Below, piece after piece: positions 28,248 to 32,000 of a DNA stretch of 32,000 bases; position 1 is the first letter of the stretch, and every line of letters starts with the position of its first letter. Source of the stretch: Candidatus Saccharimonadota bacterium (GTDB taxonomy: Bacteria; Patescibacteriota; Gracilibacteria; BD1-5; UBA6164); the NCBI GenBank assembly GCA_963677765.1, contig OY782392.1, forward strand, positions 870,001-902,000. The letters are read 5' to 3'. The position numbers were made by a program, and so were the translations under genes. A model generated the notes under the pieces. It ran no database searches. It saw nothing but the letters and a program-made list of their open reading frames with translations, and had not been told where the DNA came from.

Positions 28248-28283
28248 AAAAAATAACACTCTAATTTAGAGTGTTATTTTTTT
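28248..28283. terminator. hairpin terminator after rpoC, shared with the convergent gene
   Basis: AAATAACACTCT pairs with AGAGTGTTATTT around a 5-nt loop, followed by a T-run and preceded by an A-run. Confidence 0.6.
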
Positions 28284-28315
28284 ATTAATAAAAAAAGAGA
28301 TGAATTTATCATCTC

Positions 28316-28690
28316 TTATAAGTCATTTAACATTTTTAATACATCTTCTGCATCTTCTTCTTGTTCTTTTGATTGAGCATCTTTTATTTTTTTCTTAGAA
28401 TCTTTTAATTGGAATTCTTGCCATTCAATTAAATGTTTTTCATTTAATTGTTTTATTTCATTTTGGTATTTGTTTTCAAGAGCTTCTAATTTTTTCTTTT
28501 CAGTATCTAATATATTAAAAAGTCTATCAATTTGTGAATCAGTCATAGAAGGCATGATATCAAACCAATATTGTTTTTCATCATTATCCATTGATTCTGT
28601 TTCCAATATTAAATCAACAAGTTCATTATATTGAGCTTGAGTTTCATCATTTATTTGAAATTTTTTTCAGTTGTGATTAATTTCAGCCAT
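28316..28690 (-). CDS. hypothetical small coiled-coil protein (124 aa)
   Basis: ATG at 28690-28688. It extends ORF-track fragment 28316-28606 upstream through one in-frame TGA. Sequence MAEINHNGKKFQINDETQAQYNELVDLILETESMDNDEKQYWFDIMPSMTDSQIDRLFNILDTEKKKLEAL... No family recognised. Confidence 0.65.
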
Positions 28691-28752
28691 ATTTGTAATT
28701 TTTAATTTTTAAATATTTTATATAAATTAATTATATCAAACAATTTTAAAAT

Positions 28753-28779
28753 TTGCAAATAAAAAATAAGAGTTATAAT
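28753..28779 (+). promoter_or_regulatory. putative promoter for the 28826-30747 plus-strand genes
   Basis: TTGCAA at 28753-28758 and TATAAT at 28774-28779, with a 15-nt spacer. Confidence 0.3.
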
Positions 28780-28825
28780 TATTTTATTGATAGTCATATC
28801 ATAATTATTATTTAATTTTTTACAA

Positions 28826-29077
28826 ATGACTCTAATTTATTTGTGAGTTTATACTTTGCTGCTTGTTATATTATGGTGATTTTTTATAATTGCTAAAATA
28901 CATGCATATAAGTTTAAAAATTTTTCTAAAAGAATAGAAAAAGTTACAAAATTTTTATTATTTGTATTAATTTTATTATCATTTTTGTGATATGCTACTA
29001 TTATTTTATCATCTTTTAAATCTTCTGATATAAAATATGATGAAACAGATTTTAATTTTAATGAAGTAAATTACTAA
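28826..29077 (+). CDS. hypothetical small membrane protein (83 aa, two TM helices)
   Basis: Frame ATG to TAA with three in-frame TGAs. Sequence MTLIYLGVYTLLLVILWGFFIIAKIH...FLLFVLILLSFLGYATIIL. It ends 3 nt before the HIT gene ATG. Confidence 0.5.
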
Positions 29078-29080
29078 AAA

Positions 29081-29398
29081 ATGCCAACAATATTTTCAAA
29101 AATTATTTCTAAAGAAATACCAAGTGATATAGTTTATGAGGATGGGAAAATAATCGTAATAAAAGATATAAATCCTCAAGCAAAAACACATTTACTTATA
29201 ATCCCAAAGAAAGAAATAGCTACTATTAATGATTTGATGCCAGAAGATAGGGAATTAATAGCAGATATGTTTTTTGTTGCAAAAAAATTAGCAAAAGAAC
29301 TAAATATTTGTGAATGATATAAACTTCATTTTAATGTTTGAGAAAAATGATGACAAGAAGTTATGCATATACACCTTCATTTATTATCTAATATCTAA
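29081..29398 (+). CDS. HIT family (histidine triad) nucleotide hydrolase
   Basis: 105 aa. The N-terminus MPTIFSKIISKEIPSDIVYEDGKIIVIKDINPQAKTHLLIIPKK is typical of HinT. Histidine triad HIHLHLL at 29366-29386. Confidence 0.9.
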
Positions 29399-29406
29399 TA
29401 TAAAAT

Positions 29407-30747
29407 ATGGAATTAAATAAAAATAAAATAATATTTATAGTTGTTTGAGTAATACTATTATTATCTATGGTTTTTTTGATGATATTATCAAAATGAGCTG
29501 ATAATAATGAAACTAATACATCTGAAGAAAATACTTTTAAAATTTGGATGGTATGAGATTCTTGAGAAAATACTTATAACATAATTGATTGATTTAAAAA
29601 ATTTAATACAGCTTATCAATCAAAAAATATAATAATAGAAACTTTTCCTGATTATGAGGAATATACTTATGCTTTGACTTCTGCTATTAATTCATGAGTT
29701 TGACCTGATTTATTTGTTTTAAATAACAATGAAGATGATTCTATTTTTTCTAACCAAGTTATTTGAATTCCACCTTCAGTAATTTCTCCAAATGATTTTA
29801 GAAAAAGGTATAAATGAGTATTTAGTGATGATTTAATCTCATGAGAATGAGATGATGAATTTTTAAAGTGAATACCTGTTTGATATGAAACTCTTTGAAT
29901 TTTTTATAATAGAGCACAAGTAAGACATTCTGATTTGGATAATATTTCTAGTTTGAATAATATAATATCAAAACTTTCTGAAAGAAATCCATGAACTATT
30001 CCTTTGGGTATATGAAATGGTTCAACAGTTAAATATGCTGCTGATATTTTAACACAGTTTTTTATGTTGGAATGAGATGTTGAAGAGCTTGATGATGTAA
30101 CTTGAAATGTTTTAAAACAATGATTAGCTTCTTATTTATTATATTGAGATATAAATTGATATAACTCATATGATTCTAGATTTTTAGAATTAACTAATTT
30201 ATGAGAAAATTCTCTATATTTATTTTCTAGAGGTGATATACATATGGTTGTATGATATCCTAGTATGGTAAATGATATATCAGATTATTGATATTCTAGC
30301 TCTTTCTTACAAGCAAGAGTCTTTCCACAATATTTTTCAGGTGAAGGAAATTATCTAATTAATTATAACTATTTTGTTATAAATAAAGATACAAATAATA
30401 TAAATTTAGCACAAGATTTTTTATCTTATATATCAAATGATTCATGAGCTAGTGTATTTTTAAATAATTTTAAATATTACTTGCCATCACTTTTATCTTT
30501 GGATGCAGAATTTTTACCAAAAAAGATTCATAGTGATTTTAATGTTGTCTTGGAAGATTTTTACGCTGATGAATATATGTTATCAAGTTTTGATAAATGA
30601 ATTAAAAATATTTATGATTCAAAAATAATATCAATTTTGGATAATTGAGCATATGCAGAATCGAATTTTGAACAATTTGCTAATTCACTTATGTGTAAAA
30701 CAAAAAAAATAATAAACTTTGAAAGTTTATCAAAAGACTGTAATTAG
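29407..30747 (+). CDS. extracellular solute-binding protein, ABC family 1-like (membrane-anchored)
   Basis: 446 aa. N-terminal TM anchor IIFIVVGVILLLSMVFLMIL. SBP-1-like start FKIWMVGDSGENTYNIIDGFKKFNTAYQSKNIIIETFPDYEEYTYALTSAINSGVGPDLFVL. Stop is TAG. Confidence 0.65.
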
Positions 30748-30753
30748 TTTATT

Positions 30754-30781
30754 AAAAACCGATCATTAGATCGGTTTTAAT
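30754..30781 (+). terminator. intrinsic terminator after the solute-binding protein gene
   Basis: AAAAACCGATC pairs with GATCGGTTTT around a 4-nt loop. The T tract is short. Confidence 0.5.
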
Positions 30782-30796
30782 TTGTAATTTAAAAAA

Positions 30797-31909
30797 ATGA
30801 AAAGTTATAATTGTTATATTCATATACCATTTTGTAGTAGTAAATGTAAATATTGTAGATTTGCATCTTTTTGAATAACTCAAAAATTACAAATTCAAAA
30901 TTATGTTAATTTTTTATTAAAAGAAATTAATTCATGAAATAAACACTGACAGCTATTAGATACTATTTACTTTTGATGATGAACACCATGAGTTTTATCT
31001 TTATCTAATTTCGAAGAAATATTAACTACTCTAAGAAATAATTATATTTTTTCTAATGATATAGAAATCTCTATTGAAACTACACCAGAGAATGTTACTA
31101 TTGAAAACTTATTATGATGGAAAAAATTATGAATAAATAGAATAAGTATGTGAGTTCAAACTTTGAATGAAAAATCTTTAAAAGAAATTGATAGATCAGC
31201 TAAATGAGATATTTTACAAGCATTAGATAATATAAAAAGTGAGTGATTTGATAATTTATCTATAGATTTTATTATTTGATTACCTTATGTTTCAGCTTGA
31301 GAAATAAATGAAAATATAGACTTTTTACTAAATAAATATTCTTTTATAAAGCATATTTCTGTATATATGCTAGAAGAATATTATGATGTTCCAGAAGATA
31401 AAGAGTCAAAATTTGATAATATTACTTATCCTGACTCTTGGCATAAAACATGAATATCACTTGATGAATATGGTGAAGAATATATTTCGATAAGAAATAA
31501 TTTAGAAAAATATAATTTTAATAGATATGAAATTTCTAATTATTCTAAAAAATGATATGAATGTAAACATAATCAATGATATTGGAATCATAAGGAAGTA
31601 ATTGCATATTGATTGTGAGCATATTGATATTTAGATAATATTAGATATTCAAACAGTGAATCATTTTTAGATTATTATTCATGAAAAAATATTTCTACTA
31701 CAATTGTAAATAAAAATGATATTTTTATAGAAAATATTATGTTTATGATTAGAACTAGTTGAATAGATATATCATATTTAGATAAACTTGATAAAGAAAA
31801 AATTGATTACTTTGTAGAAAATTGATATCTAAAAAAAGAATCAAATAAAATAATATTATCTGATTCTGGAGTTGTTTATATGGATTATATTTTATGAGAA
31901 ATATTATAA
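30797..31909 (+). CDS. hemW: radical SAM heme chaperone HemW (HemN-like, oxygen-independent coproporphyrinogen oxidase family)
   Basis: 370 aa. Radical-SAM cluster motif CSSKCKYC at 30833-30856. Other motifs are YFGGGTP and RISMGVQT, plus a C-terminal HemN_C-like region. Confidence 0.88.
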
Positions 31910-31911
31910 AT

Positions 31912-31937
31912 AAAAAAAGAGCAATTGCTCTTTTTTT
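31912..31937. terminator. bidirectional hairpin terminator between hemW and the convergent gene
   Basis: AAAAAAAGAGC pairs with GCTCTTTTTTT around AATT. It overlaps the minus-strand stop at 31936-31938. Confidence 0.55.
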
Positions 31938-32000
31938 ATTTACTTGATAATTCTTCTTTGAAGTGATCAAATAAGTGATTTAATAAATCATCTAAATTTT
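31936..32000 (-). CDS. hypothetical protein; only the C-terminal 21 codons are visible and the 5' end lies beyond the window edge
   Basis: The minus-strand frame is open from the window edge to TAA at 31938-31936. Sequence is ...NLDDLLNHLFDHFKEELSSK. The segment is too short to identify. Confidence 0.4.
   Translation of the reverse strand, partial: NLDDLLNHLFDHFKEELSSK

Noticed and set aside
31755-31970. Minus-strand 71-aa ORF from the track.
   Set aside because: It lies inside hemW in antisense and crosses the terminator hairpin. The real minus-strand gene ends at 31936 in a different frame.

Overview
This is a very AT-rich bacterial window that only makes sense under genetic code 25 (UGA = Gly), the code of Absconditabacteria (SR1) and Gracilibacteria in the candidate phyla radiation. 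In-frame TGA sits on invariant glycines in Der, an ABC ATPase, RpoC and AspRS. It also alternates with GGT at the same column of sibling repeats inside one gene. That is why the supplied standard-code ORF track shows only fragments.

Retranslating by eye with TAA/TAG as the only stops gives 24 CDSs, two of them cut by the window edges:
- Recognisable genes: aspS, der, a TehA/SLAC1-like channel, an ABC-2 exporter pair (ATPase plus permease), a CDF metal transporter, htpG, a sufS-like cysteine desulfurase, mltG, rpoB, rpoC, a HIT protein, a family-1 solute-binding protein and hemW.
- The rest are hypothetical proteins, several anchored in the membrane.

Regulatory calls are a T-box-like leader with an intrinsic terminator upstream of aspS, a CIRCE-like HrcA operator at a promoter upstream of htpG, a structured leader upstream of rpoB, and many hairpin terminators shared by convergent genes.

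The least ordinary stretch is the minus-strand block 13849-19306. It is invisible to standard-code ORF calling and holds three genes:
- a class III nucleotidyl cyclase fused to a DUF697-like module;
- a secreted, C-terminally anchored protein with thrombospondin type-3 Ca-binding repeats;
- 10 nt downstream of that, a 984-aa polytopic DUF2339-like membrane protein.

I propose this block as a candidate cell-surface or signalling module, but the function is inference only. I found no CRISPR array, tRNA, rRNA, transposase or recognisable defence system. All calls come from manual translation and motif recognition; no database search was run.
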